DNA of 64,000 nt from the NCBI RefSeq assembly GCF_963921235.1, contig NC_086097.1:79424001-79488000 (forward strand). The letters are read 5' to 3'. Numbering within the stretch: position 1 is the stretch's first letter; the number at the start of each line of letters is the position of its first letter. Under the pieces are notes generated by a model that saw nothing but the letters and a program-made list of their open reading frames with translations, was not told the DNA's origin and searched no databases. This DNA is from Mobula hypostoma. Lineage: Eukaryota. This document shows positions 13,299 to 26,999 of the stretch, piece after piece. The position numbers and the translations under genes are program-made.

Positions 13299-13910
13299 GT
13301 AATGACCTGGTTCATATTTTTACTGTTATGCTGTTCTGTATTTCATTTTGTGCTGTTCTGTGCGAGCTGCTTGTTTCTCAGCTTATGTTTGGGTTACTGC
13401 TGGAGATAAGAGATAGGAGAATTATGTGCCATCCAATTAGGATGGTCTGATTAAGAGGTTTCTCTGGTGAGGGACACTAAGGCTGGGCTTGGGGCTTTTG
13501 TTAGAGAGAGATGAAGAGAGAAGACGCCAGAGAGAAGAGGTCGTAGGATTCAACTGGGAGCAGGGCCATGATTCGACGCCCGGGGTGAGATCGAAGGAGG
13601 ATTGGTGACGGGGTAACTGTGAGCTCCAATGTGCACATTAGACTGTTTCATTAAAATGGGTCTTTTTCTTTCTTTTGTTCTTTCTTTAAATAACCCTTTA
13701 GTGCAACCAAGACTTCTAAAGCTAAATCTTCTAATTCTATGCGGTGAACTGTCTGTTATCTCCTGACACTCATTTGTATCAGGGTAATGAATTACACAGC
13801 ATCCACACAAACAGTGGGTTTTGGGGTGGGTTTGTGCTTCAATCTCACACGTTTGGCAGGGCTGGAAATTGTCTTCCCTAGACTCACGCAGCTGAGGAAA
13901 ACAGTGTTTC
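13299..13910. mobile_element. Solo-LTR-like element, copy 1
   Basis: Ends GTAATG...GTTTC, flanked by the direct repeat ACAGGA; internally similar to 54482-55032. Confidence 0.7.
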
Positions 13911-14083
13911 ACAGGAAATGAAATTTCTTCTGAAATCATGATGTAATTGGGAAACAATACTGAGAAGTCATTGGTTTGAGCCAAAAAGCATGAATAACCC
14001 AGAAATTAATATCAGCTACCAGAAGAATGTCCACGTGACACCATAAAGTGTGGCAATCATTCCTTGCACAAACATTGCCTTAC

Positions 14084-15575
14084 AGGTAACTATACTTGCC
14101 TTTTTGCTGGCTACGTGGAACAGTCTATGCTCCAAGTCTACACTGGTACCACTCCCCAACTTCTCCTATGCTGCATCGACGACTGCATTGGTGCTGGTTC
14201 TTGCACCCGTGCTGAACCTGTCAACTTCATCAACTTTGTCTCCAACTTTCATCCTGCCCTCAAATTTAACTGGTGCATTTCTAACCCCTCCCTCCCCTTT
14301 CTTGATCTCTCTGGTTTTATCTCTGGAGACAGCTTATCTACTGATATCTCTTATAAACCCACTGATTCTCAGTTACTTGGACTATACCTCTTCCTACCCT
14401 GTTACTTGTAAAAATGCCATCCCTTTCTCTCAACTCCTCCATCTCTGCTGCATATGTTCTCAGGATGAGGCTTTTCATTCCAGAGCTAAGTAGATGTCCT
14501 CCTTCTTCAAAGAAAGGGGCTTCCCTTCCTCCATCATCAACACTGACCTCACTCCATCCTCCGTTCCCCTCGTCCTCACCTACCACCCCACCAGCCACTG
14601 TGCTCAGCACATATTCTCTGTAACTTCTGCCATCTCCGACTGGATCCCACCACCAGGCACATCTTCCCTTCCCCCACACTTTCTGCTTTCCAAAGGGATC
14701 GTTCCCTACTCGATCCTGTCCCTCCCCACTGATCTCCCTCCTGCCACTTATACTTGCAAGTGGAACAAGTGCTACACCTGCCTCTACACCTCCTCCATCA
14801 GACCCTAAACAGTCCTTCCAGGCAAAGCGACACTTCACCTGTGAGTCTGTTGGGGTCATATACTGTATCTGGTGCTCCCAGTGTGGCCTCCTGTATATTG
14901 GTGAGACCAGACATAGATTGGGAGACTGCTTCATTGAGCACCTATGCTCTATCCGCCAGAAAAAGCAGGATCTCCCAGTGGCAACCCATTTTAATTCTTC
15001 TTCCCATTCCCATTCCAACATATTAGTCCATGGCCACTTCTACTGTCGCGATGAGGCCACACTCAGGTTAGAGGAGCAATACCTTATAGTTCGTTAGGGT
15101 AGCCTTGAACTTGATGACATGTACATTGATTTCTTGAAATTCCAGTAATGCCTCCCCTTCACCATTCCCCATTCCCATTTCCCTCTCTCATCCTATCTCC
15201 TTACCTGCCCATCACCTCCCCCGGCATGTCTCACCCTTCCCCTTCTTCCATGGCCTTCTGTGCTCTCCTATCAGATTCCCCCTTTCTCCAGCGCTTTATC
15301 TTTTTCACCAATCAACTTTCCAGCTCTTTACTTCATCCCTCCCCCTCTCCCAGTTTCACCTATCACCTACTACCTGGTATTTCTTCCTCCCGTCCCATCA
15401 ACCTTTTTACTCTGACTTCTCATCTTTTTTCTCCAGTTCTGTTGAAGGGTCTCACACAAAAAGTTGACAGTTTACTTTTTTCCATAGATACTGCCCGGTC
15501 TGCTGAGTTTCTCCAGCATATTGTGTGTATTGCTCGGATTTCAGCATCGGGAGATTTTCTCTTGTTTGTGATTGT
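14084..15575 (+). mobile_element. Degenerate Penelope-like element (RT C-terminus, GIY-YIG endonuclease, pseudo-LTR)
   Basis: ORF 14064..14411 (YVEQSM...CIDD...LPFLDL...LSTDISYKPTDS); VIYCIWCSQCGLLYIGET near 14855-14910; pyrimidine-rich 3' region. Confidence 0.88.
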
Positions 15576-15859
15576 CTTACATGTATTTCAGCCAACTCCA
15601 GATGGGTTGATACAAACTCATTCTTAACTAGTGGGATTATACGTACTAAAATGGACAATTTTTTTGCACATTTTATGCAAATATGTTTTAGTTTACCAGG
15701 ATTTCTTAATAAAATAAATTACAAAGCTATGAGGTATGTGTTGGCCGTGGTAGACTGGTGAACTGCTTTAAAAGGTGTGTGAGTAAACAAGCCATAATTA
15801 CTATTAATTAATTAATAAATGATTTACAGTATATATACATCTATCTATATCTATATCTA

Positions 15860-17945
15860 GAAGTAGTAATACACAAAATCCTCATAGGTAGAGTGGTTTA
15901 GCCATGGCTTACATGAAAGTATCAGTTGAAACAAAAGGCTCGTGATATTGTGAAAAAGACCAGGAGACCTAATAATTAGGAACATTTCAGATTTCAGCAA
16001 ACGAAGTATTTTCAGCAAAACAAAGTATAAGAAATTGACGAGAAAATGGAAAGTAGAACAAAAACAACGTAAAATCGCTAAGGTCTCTTTATGAATATAA
16101 AAAGGAAAAGACTAGTGTTAGTCAACAAACAGGAGAAATTAAATTAAGGAATAAGGAAATAGCAGAACCATTAAACAAATATTTTGTATCTGTCTTTAGT
16201 GAAGATAGATAATAGTGAACAACAGGTTGAGTGGTGGAGAAAACTATATCTCACACAGTAAAAAACTGTAAGAATGAATGGGACTGAAAACCGATAAATC
16301 ACCAGCAGCTGATAACCTACAATCCAAGGCTTTGATTGAGATGGAGATAGAGATAGTAGATGCACCTTCCACAACAGGCACTGATTGGAAAGTTGCCCTT
16401 GTAAACCTAATCTTTAAGAAAGATATGAGAGAGAGAGAGAAAACAGGGAATTGAAAACCTACTTTGCCAAACATTGATGGTAGAAATACACAATGAGCAG
16501 ATATTTATCACTTTTGCTGCCAATTTCTACCCTGATCTCACATTTATGTGATCCATTTCTGTCACTTTTCTTCCCTATTTTGGATGTCTGATTTCCTACC
16601 TCAGGAGACAGGCTAGCTACTAATATCTTTTTCAAGCCCACAGACTCCTCAGCTTATTTAACTATGCTTCCTCTCACTCTGCATTCTGTACAAATGCCTT
16701 TTCTTTTTTGTAGCTGCTTCATCTCTATTGCATTTGTTCCAATGACAAGCACTTTCACTCTGTTGTCTCTGAAATATTCTCCCTTTTCTTGAAACGTGGA
16801 TAGCATTTTCAACTTCATTTCTTCTATTTCCTGCACCTCTGATTTCACCCCTTATCACCAAAACAGAACAAAGATTCATGTACTTTTTTCATAATTTCTG
16901 TCAGATCCAACAGGATCCCATGACCATTCACATCTTCCCTTCTCCTCCTCTTTCTGCATTTAACAGGGAACATTCACTTAGCGATTTCCTAGTTCACTCT
17001 TCCATCTCCACCACTCCCTGCCTCACGTTACCTTCCCGTGCAGTTGGAGGAGACGCAGCATTCATCCACTCCCTTCCTGGGAAACAATAATGTTACATGA
17101 AGCAAATAGCACTTCTCCTAAGTTAGTCTGTTGTATTTGGTGCTCACTATGTGACTTCCTCTACACTGTAGTAACCAAATGCAAGTTGGGTAATCACTTT
17201 TCAGTCGGCAGGATTGACTGAACTTCTGGTTGACGGCCACTTTAATTCAGAACTCAATTTCTATTCTGAACACTCTGTCTATGGTCTCCTATACTTTTAC
17301 ACTTCAGTTTTCATCTGGGCTCAATATTGAATTCACCAATGTTAGATAATTTGCTCTTCCCCCTCGATTGCATTAGGAATGGCCATTTATATATGTTATT
17401 CTTCTCCCCCATTTTTTTATTTGTATATTTTGGCTTGCTTAGCATATCACAGTAGTCCAGATGATACATCATCCAGGTATTACCACATTAGTGACACATT
17501 ACACAAAGAAACTTCACTGTTCATTCGTCATTTCATCCTCTTATTGACACTGCCTTTGTTCCACCCATTGTATCTCCTTCACCTTCTGTTACTTCAGTTA
17601 ACTTGCTTTTTCTTTCATTTCTGACAAATGGCCTTCAACCAGCCGTGATAATTGTTCTTGTTTCTTTTCACTGATGCTACTTGACTGGTTGAGCTTTGCC
17701 AGCATTTCTGGTTTTGTAAGATAAATGCTTTAATTTATGAAAGATGTGTTAACTAGACAACTAGAAGATAATAATAGGATTAGGATGAGTCAACATGAAA
17801 GGGAAGTCATTCTTGACTGAACCTTATAGGGCTTTTTGAGAATGTAACCAGTGGAATAGGTAAGGCCTAACCAGTGGATGTGGTGTATTTTAGAAGTACT
17901 TCAATAACGTGCCACACTGGAGGTTACTAAATAAAATTATAATGA
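15860..17945 (+). mobile_element. Very old CR1 remnant (15860-16480 and 17720-17945) interrupted by a degenerate Penelope-like element (about 16500-17715)
   Basis: GNKEIAE.LNKYF.SVF-like and VDVVY-like remnants; Penelope-type QQDPMT.HIFPSPPLSAFNRE.SL.D.LVHSS in ORF 16878..17090. Confidence 0.6.
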
Positions 17946-18178
17946 CACACAGGGGATTCTGATTAATTGGGATACAACGGGACCAATACATTTTAGCCAA
18001 ATTTAGCGGCAGCCGAAGTTTCATGGAAATAGTTAAAATGGTATAAAAAAGACAAACTAACATATGTATTTAAATGAAATACAGAACAAATTAGAACACT
18101 ACCAATAGTACCACAGTACTATGAAACTCCTGATAGTTATCAACGGAGGAATTCATTCAGTGTTAAAATGAATAAAAT

Positions 18179-18998
18179 GGAGATGGAGTTCAACACAGGT
18201 AAGCGTGAGGTGGTTCATTTTGGTAGGTCAAATACGATGGCAGAATACAGTATTAATGGTAAGACTCTTGGCAGTGTGGAGGATCAGAGGGATCTTGGAG
18301 TCCAAGTCCATAGGACGCTCAAAGCTGCTGCGTAGGTTGACTCTGTAGTTAGGAAGGCATATGGTGCATTGGCCTTCATCAACCATGGGATTGAGTTTAA
18401 GAGCTGAGAGGTAATGTTACAGCTAAATAGGAGCCTGGTCAGACCCCACTTGGAGTACTGTGCTCAGCTCTGGTCACCTCACTACAGGAAGGATGTGGAA
18501 ACTATAAAAAGGGTGCAGAGGAGATTTACAAGGATGTTGCCTGGATTGGGGAGCATGCCTTATGAGAATAGGTTGAGTGAACTCGGCCTTTTTTCCTTGG
18601 AGTGGCAGAGGATGAGAGGTGACCTGATAGATATGTATAAGATGATGAGAGGCCTTGATCGTGTGGATAGTCAGAGGCTTTTTCCCCAGGGCTGAAATGG
18701 ATAACACAAGAGGGCACAGTTTTAAGGTGCTTGGAAGTAGGTACGGGGGAGATGTCAGGGTAAGTTTTTTACGCAGAGAGTGGTGAGTGCATGGAATGGG
18801 CTGCTGGTGACGATGGTGGAGGTGGATACAACAGGGTCTTTTGAGAGACTCCTGGATAGGTACATGGAGCTTTGAAAAATAGAGGGCTATGGGTAACTCT
18901 AGGTAATTTCTAAAGTAAGTACATATTCGGCACAGCATTGTGGGCCAAAGGGCCTGTATTGTGCTGTAAGTTTTCTATGTTTCTATGTTCTTTGTTTC
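18179..18998 (+). mobile_element. CR1 3' fragment inserted in the Tigger element
   Basis: ORF 18414..18695 (LVRPHLEYC..W.PHYRKD); (TTCTATG)n tail; TAAAAT repeated at 18173-18178 and 18999-19004. Confidence 0.9.
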
Positions 18999-19430
18999 TA
19001 AAATTAGGGCAGACACAGTGCAGATAATGGACTGCTTTCATTTAATGCTATTGACGATTGCATCCTTCAAATCTTCGTTTCCATTGCAACATTCAAGATG
19101 ATTGTTGATGCCTTCAAATTCTTCAAGGTTCCTAATTTGTTGAAGTAGCAAAATTGTTTCACTTTCACTCCCGGCCATTTCTGGCATCTCTAAGCCTGAA
19201 TGTATGAAACTGCAGTGAGCAAAACAGTTCTGAATTGCTTTACTGCTAATTTCTCACTAACTATCAGTGACGAAAATCAGTGCTTGTTGAACACAAAACA
19301 CATGCAACTGACACTATTTAAAAACTATTCACTCTAAGCATAGTATAGTGTCTAACAAGTGCACATGACTGATGCTTGTTAGAACTTGTGTGGCAAGTCT
19401 CCAGACCCAATTAAACAGCACAGTGACCCA

Positions 19431-22400
19431 CAAGATCACAAGACAAAGGAGCAGAAGTAGGCCATTCGGCCCATCGAGTCTGCTCTGCCACTCCACCATG
19501 AGCTGTACTATTCTCCCATCTAGTTCCAATTTTCGGCTTTTTTCCCATATCTCTTGATACCCTGACTAATTAGATACCTATCAATCTCCTCCTTAAACAC
19601 CTTCAATGACCGGGCCTCCACAGCTGTATGTGGCAAGGAATTCCATAGAACCACGACCCTCTGGCTAAAAAAATTCCTCCTCATCTCTGTTTTAAATGGG
19701 TACCCTCTAATTCTAAGACTGTGGCCTCTTGTCCTGGACTCACCCACCAAGGGAAACAGCCTTTCCACATCTACTCTGTCCAAGCCTTTCAACATTCAAA
19801 ATGTTTCTATGAGATCCCCTCTCATTCTTCTATACTGTACTGAATACAGTCCAAGAGCTGACAAACGCTTCTCATATGTTAGCCCCTGCATTCCAGAAAT
19901 CATCCTCGTAAATCTTCTCTGAACTCTCTCCAACATCAGTACATCCCTTCTAAGATAGGAGGCCCAAAACTGCACACAGTATTCCAAATGAGGTCTCACC
20001 AATGCCCCACAGAGCCTCATCAACACCTCCTTACTCTTATACACTATTCCTCTTGAAATGAATGCCAACATAGCATTCGCTTTCCTTACTGCCAATCCAA
20101 CCTGGTGGTTAGCCTTTAGGGTATCCTGCACGAGGACCCCCAAGTCCCTTTGCACTTCCGACTTTTGAATTTTATCCCCATCTAAATAATAATCTGCCCA
20201 ATTATTTCTTCTTCCAAAATGTACAACCGTACATTTCTCAACATTGTATCTCATCTGCAATTTCTTTGCCCACTCTCCCAAACTGACCAAGTCTCTCTGC
20301 AACCTTTCCATTTCTTCAACCCTTCCTGCTCCTCCACCTATCTTGGTGTCATCTGCAAATTTAGCCACAAAACCATTTAATCCATAATCTAAATCATAGA
20401 TATACATTGTAAAAAGAAGCGGCCCCAACACCGACCCTCGCAGAACACCACTAGTAACCGGCAACCAATCAGAATAGGATCCCTTTATTCCCACCCTTTG
20501 CTTTCTGCCTATCAGCTAATGCTCCACTAATTCCAATATCTTTCTTGTAATTCCATGGGCTCTCATCTTATTAAGCAGCCTCTTATGCGGCACCTTATGG
20601 AAGGCCTTTTGAAAATCCAAATACACAACATCCACAGCCTCTCCCTTGTTAATCTTATTTGAGATTACCTCAAAAAATTCCAATAGATTGGTGAGGCAGG
20701 ATCTTCCCTTCATGAAACCATGCTGGCTTGGGCCTATCCTGTCATGCACCTCGAGGTATTTCATAGCCTCGTCCTTGAGAATCGACTTCAATAACTTTCC
20801 AACTACTGATATCAGACTAATAGGTCTGTAATTTTCTTTTTACTGCCTCCCTCCTTTCTTAAACAGCGGAACTACATTTGCGACTTTCCAGTCCTCCGGA
20901 ACCATGCCAGAGTCTATTGATTCCTGGAAGATCATTTCCAATGCCTCCACAATCTCCAAAGCCACCTCCTTCAGAACCCGTGAGTGCACCTCATCTGGTC
21001 TGGAAGACTTATCTATTCTTAGTCCATTTAGCTTCTCAAGCACTTTCTCTCTAGTAATCTGACTGTACCTAATTCTATTCCCTCAGGTATGTTGCTAATA
21101 TCTTCCACTGTGAAGACTGATACAAAATATTCATTTAGTTCCTCTGCCATCTCTTTGTTACCCATTATAATTTCTCCAGCATTATATTCAGTCGGTCCTA
21201 TATCTACCTGTGTCACTCTTTTACTCTTCATATATTTTAAAAAAACTCTTAGTATCCTTTTTTATGTTAATTGCCAACTTCCTTTCATAATTAATCTTTT
21301 CTTTCCCAATGACTTTCTTAGTTTCCTTCCATAAGCTTTTAAAAGTCATCCGGTCCTCAGTTTGCCCACTAATTTTTGCTTCCTTGTACGCCGTCTCTTT
21401 TGCTTTTATTTTACCCTTAACCTCTCTCGTTAGCCACATTTGTGCCATTTTTCCACTCACGATTTTTTTTTCTTGGAATATATTTTTCCTGCACTTTCCT
21501 TATTTCTTGTAGGAATTTCATCCAATTCTGCTCTACCGTCCCTCCATCTAGCTTACTTTTCCATTCGACTTGGGCCAGTTCCTCTCTCATATCACTGTAA
21601 TTTCCTTTGTTCCACTGAAAAATCGACACATCTGATACCAGCTTCTCCTTTTCAAATTTGAAACTGAACTCAATCATATTATGATCACTACTTCCAAGGA
21701 TTCTATTACCTCCAGCTCCCTAATCGCCTCAGGTTCATTACACAGCACCCAGTCCAAAACAGCCGATCCCCTGGTGGGCTTATGGACAAGCTGCTCCAAA
21801 AAGCCATCCTGTAGGCATTCTACAAACTCCCTCTCCTGAGATCCAGTACCTTCTTGGCTTTCCCAATACACTTTCATATTAAAATCCCTCATAATTATCT
21901 TGACATTTTCCTTCTGACACGCTTTTTCTATTTCCAGCTGTAACTTGTAGTCCACATCCCAGCTGCTGTTTGGAGCCCCGTATATAACTGCTATTAGTGT
22001 CTTTTTACCCTTGCCATTTCTTAACTCGACCTATAAGGATTCTACCTCCTCTGATCCTATGTCCCTTCTTTCTAGTGATTTGATATCATTGCTTACCATC
22101 AGGGCCACGCCACCCCCTTTACCTACCTTCCTATCTTTCCTATACGCTGTGTATCCTTGGACATTCAGCTCCCAATCACATCCATCATTTAGCTATGACT
22201 CGGTGATGGCCACAATGTCATATCTTTTAACCTGTAGCTGTACAACAAGGTCATCCACTTTATTTCTAATGCTGCGTGTATTTAACTACAGTACATTTAG
22301 ATCAGTATCTGTTTCTGATTTTGCTATATTTCTTACACACAGCAAATTATCCTGTCTATTCTCCTGCCTGTCCTTCTTGCCATCTTTGCTGCACAGTATC

Positions 22401-23210
22401 TTTGACTTATTTCTATTTTCCTCTCCCTCGATCCTAACACCCTGGTTTCCTTCCCCCTGCCAACTTAGTTTAAACCCTCCCTAACAGCTATATTAAACAA
22501 TCCCGCCGGGATATTAGTACCCTTTGAGTTCAGGTGTAACCCATCGTTTTTGTATAAGTCATACCTTCCCCAAAATAGATCCCAATGATCCAAGAATTTG
22601 AAGCCCTGCCCCCTGCACCAGATATTCAGCTACACATTCATCTGCTTAATTCTGCTATTCTTACCTTCATTAGCGCATGGCTCAGGCAGTAATTCTGAGA
22701 TTATTACTCTGGAGGTCTGGCTTTTCAATTTTCTTCCTAGCTCCCAGTAGTCTTCCTTCAGGACCTCCTCTCTTTTTCTGTCTGTCATTGGTACCAACAT
22801 GTACCAAGACTTCTGGCTGCTCGCCCTCTCTCCTCAGAATACTCTGGACCCAATCTGAGACATCCCGTACCCTGGCACCAGGGAGGCAACACATCATCCG
22901 GGTATCCTTGTCTGGCTTGCAGAATATCTTGTCTGTTCCCCTCACTATGGAATCCCCTAACACTACTGCATTTCTCCTTGCTCCCTTGATCACGGCACTA
23001 GGCAGAGTGCCAGAGTCCTGTTGGTCTTCCTCTGTCAGGTCAACCTCTCCAGCAGTATCTAAAATGATATATTGATTTCTGAGGGCGACGGTCACAGGGG
23101 TGCTGTCCACTATCTCTCTATAGGTATTATCAATCACCTCCTCACTTTCCCTAATTAGCTGAAGGTCATCAGGTTGTAACTCCAGATCCCTAACATGGTC
23201 CTTAAGGAGC
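19431..23210 (-). mobile_element. Degenerate CR1 LINE (partial ORF1 plus ORF2)
   Basis: ORF1 22682..23257 (GDSIVRG, HVGTND); ORF2 fragments from 21674 to 19520; TCTTGTGA-type tail at 19431. Confidence 0.92.
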
Positions 23211-26200
23211 CTACAGCTGGATGACCTTCGACTCATAAGGGAGAACGAGGCAGTCATAGATGAGAGCTACAGGGAGGTAGTCACACCTAGGCTGTCGGAA
23301 GCAGGTCGTTGGGTGACAGTCAGAGGGGGGAAAGCGAAGGTGAGCAGACAGGTAGTGCAGAGCACCCCTGTAGCCACTCCCCTGAATAATAAGTTTACCG
23401 TCCTGGATACTGTTGGCGGGGACGACCGACCAGGTGTAAGCCACGGTGGCAGGGCCTCCGGCACTGAGTCTAACCCTGTGGTGCAGAAGGGTGGGATGGA
23501 GAAGAGGAGAGCTGTCGTCATTGGAGACTCTATAGTCAGGGGAGCAGACAGGAGATTTTGTGGACATGAGAAGGACACCCGCATGGTTTGTTGCCTCCCG
23601 GGTGTCAGGGTCCAGGATGTCTCTGACAGGGTGCACGACATCCTGGTACAAGAAGGAAAGCAACCAGAAGTCGTGATACATGTTGGGACCAACGACATAG
23701 GCAGGAAGAGGGATGAGGTCCTGAAGTGTGAGTTTCCGGAATTAGGCAGAAGGCTGAAGAACAGGACCTCAAGGGTGACGTTCTCAGGATTGCTGCCAGT
23801 GTTACGTGACAGAGATGGTAAGAATCTGAGGAGATGGCAATTGAATGTGTGGCTGAGGAGTTGGTGCAGGGAGCAGGGTTTTAGATTTTTAGATCATTGG
23901 GATCTCTTCTGGGGAAGGTGGGACCTGTACAGATTGGATGGGTTGCACCTGAACTCGAGGGGGAGCAATATCCTTGCAGGTAGGTTTGCTGGCATGGTTC
24001 GGGAGGGTTTAAACTAATTTGCGAGGGGGATGGGACCCAGAGCGATAGAGCAGTGAAAGAAGTGCATGGAGTAAAGCCAGATCTAACATATAGAGAGGGT
24101 TTGAGGAAAGAGAAGCAGAATAAATGGTGTAAAGACAGTAAGGTGGAAGGGCTGAAATGTGTGTACCTCAATGCAAGAAGCATCAGAAATAAAGGTGATG
24201 AACTGAGAGCTTGGATACATACATGGAATTATGATGTAGTGGCCATTACAGAGAATTGGCTGGCACCAGGGCAGGAATGGATTCTCAATATTCCTGGATT
24301 TCAGTGCTTTAAAAGGGATAGAGAGGGCGGAAAAAGGGGAGGAGGGGTGGCATTACTGGTCAGGGATACTATTACAGCTGCAGAAAGGCTGGGTAATGTA
24401 GCAGGATCCTCTTTTGAGTCAGTATGGGTGGAAGTCAGGAACAGGAAGGGAGCAGTTACTCTACTGGGGGTATTCTATAGGCCCCCTGGTAGCAGCAGAG
24501 ATACAGAGGAGCAGATTGGGAGGCAGATTTTGGAAAGGTGCAAAAATAACAGGGTTGTTATCATGGGTGACTTTAACTTCCCTAATATTGATTGGCATCT
24601 GATTAGTTCCAAGGGTTTAGATGGGGCAGAATTTGTTAAGTGTGTCCAGGATGGATTCCTGTCACAGTATGTGGACAGGCCAACCAGGGGGAATGCCATA
24701 CTAGATCTAGTACTAGGTAATGAACTGGGTCAGGTCACAGATCTCTCAGTGGGTGAGCATCTGGGGGACAGTGACCACTGCTCCCTGGCCTTTATAATTA
24801 TCATGGAAAAGGATAGAATCAAAAAACGACAGGAAAATTTTTAATTGGGGATAGGCAAATTATAAGGCTATAAGGCTTGGTGTGAATTGGGATGATGTTT
24901 TTGCAGGGAAATGTACTATGGACATGTGGTCGATGTTTAGAGATCTCTTGCGGGATGTAAGGGATAAATTTGTCCCGGTGAGGAAGATAAAGAATGGTAG
25001 GGTGAAGGAACCATGGGTGACAAGTGAGGTGGAAAATCTAGTCAGGTGGAAGAAGGCAGCATACATGAGGTTTAGGAAGCAAGGATCAGATGGGTCTATT
25101 GAGGAATATAGGGAAGCAAGAAAGGAGCTTAAGAAGGGGCTGAGAAGAGCAAGAAGGGGGCATGAGAAGGCCTTGGCGAGTAGGGTAAAGGAAAACCCCA
25201 AGGCATTCTTCAATTATGTGAAGAAAAAAAGGATGACAGGAGTGAAGGTAGGACCGATTCAAATAAAGGTGGGAAGATGTGCCTGGAGGCTGTGGAAGTG
25301 AGCGACGTCCTCAATGAATACTTCTCTTCGGTATTCACCAATGAGAGGGAACTTGATGATGGTGAGGACAATATGAGTGAGGTTGATGTTCTGGAGCATG
25401 TTGATATTAAGGGAGAGGAGGTGTTGGAGTTGTTAAAATACATTAGGACAGATAAGTCCCCGGGGCCTGACGGAATATTCCCCAGGCTGCTCCACGAGGC
25501 GAGAGAAGAGATTGCTGAGCCTCTGGCTAGGATCTTTATGTCCTCGTTGTCCACGGGAATGGTACCGGAGGACTGGAGGGAGGCGAATGTTGTTCCCTTG
25601 TTCAAAAAAGGTAGTAGGGATAGTCCAGGTAATTATAGACCAGTGAGCCTTACGTCTGTGGTGGGAAAGCTGTTGGAAAAGATTCTTAGAGATAGGATCT
25701 ATAGGCATTTAGAGAATCATGGTCTGATCAGGGACAGTCAGCATGGCTTTGTGAAGGACAGATCATGTCTAACAAGCCTGATAGAGTTCTTTGAGGAGGT
25801 GACCAGGCATATAGATGAGGGTAGTGCAGTGGATGTGATCTATATGGATTTTAGTAAGGCATTTGACAAGGTTCCACACGGTAGGCTTATTCAGAAAGTT
25901 AGAAGGCATGGGATCCAGGGAAGTTTGGCCAGGTGGATTCAGAATTGGCTTGCTTGCAGAAGGCAGAGGGTGGTGGTGGAGGGAGTACATTCAGATTGGA
26001 AGATTGTGACTAGTGGTGTCCCACAAGGATCTGTTCTGGGACCTCTACTTTTTGTGATTTTTATTAACGACCTGGATGTGGGGGTAGAAGAGTGGGTTGG
26101 CAAGTTTGCAGACGACACAAAGGTTGGTGGTGTTGTAGATAGTGTAGAGGATTGTCAAAGATTGCAGAGCGACATTGATAGGATGCAGAAGTGGGCTGAG

Positions 26201-26999
26201 AAGTGGCAGATGGAGTTCAACCCGGAGAAGTGTGAGATGGTACACTTTGGAAGGACAAACTCCAAGGCAGAGTACAAAGTAAATGGCAAGTTACTTGGTA
26301 GTGTGGAGGAGCAGAGGGATCTCGGGGTACATGTCCACAGATCCCTGAAAGTTGCCTCACAGGTGAATAGGGTAGTTAAGAAAGCTTATGGGGTGTTAGC
26401 TTTCATAAGTCGAGGGATAGAGTTTAAGAGTCGCGAAGTAATGATGCAGCTCTATAAAACTCTGGTTAGGCCACGCTTGGAGTACTGTGTCCAGTTCTGG
26501 TTACCTCACCATAGGAAGGATGTGGAAGCATTGGAAAGGGTACAGAGGAGATTTACCAGGATGCTGCCTGGTTTAGAAAGTATGCATTATGATCAGAGAT
26601 TAAGAGAGCTAGGGCTTTACTCTTTGGGAGAAGGAGGATGAGAGGAGACATGATAGAGGTATACAAAATATTAAGAGGAATAGATAGAGTGGATAGCCAG
26701 CACCTCTTCCCCAGGGCACCACTGCTCAATACAAGAGGACATGGCTTTAAGGTAAGGGGTGGGAAGTTCAAGGGGGATATTAGAGGAAGGTTTTTTACTC
26801 AGAGAGTGGTTGGTGCGTGGAATGCACTGCCTGAGTCAGTGGTGGAGGCAGATACACTAGTGAAGTTTAAGAGACTACTAGACAGGTATATGGAGGAATC
26901 TAAGGTGGGGGCTTATATGGGAGGCAGGGTTTGAGGGTTGGCACATTGTGGGCCGAAGGGCCTGTACTGTGCTGTACTATTCTATGTTCTATGTTCTAT
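23211..26999 (+). mobile_element. CR1 LINE (partial ORF1 plus ORF2 with a few frameshifts)
   Basis: ORF1 23313..24017 SGNH esterase; ORF2 pieces 24053..24844, 24882..25301, 25277..26641 and 26638..26934; (TTCTATG)n tail. Confidence 0.95.

Noticed and set aside
15433..15470. Additional hammerhead ribozymes (also near 17620, 30310 and 48345)
   Set aside because: The GAAA core, stem II or cleavage site is mutated; these are decayed copies and unlikely to be active.
23313..24017. SGNH/GDSL esterase ORF as a captured or horizontally acquired enzyme
   Set aside because: An esterase domain is a known ORF1 component of CR1-group LINEs and recurs in several CR1 copies here.
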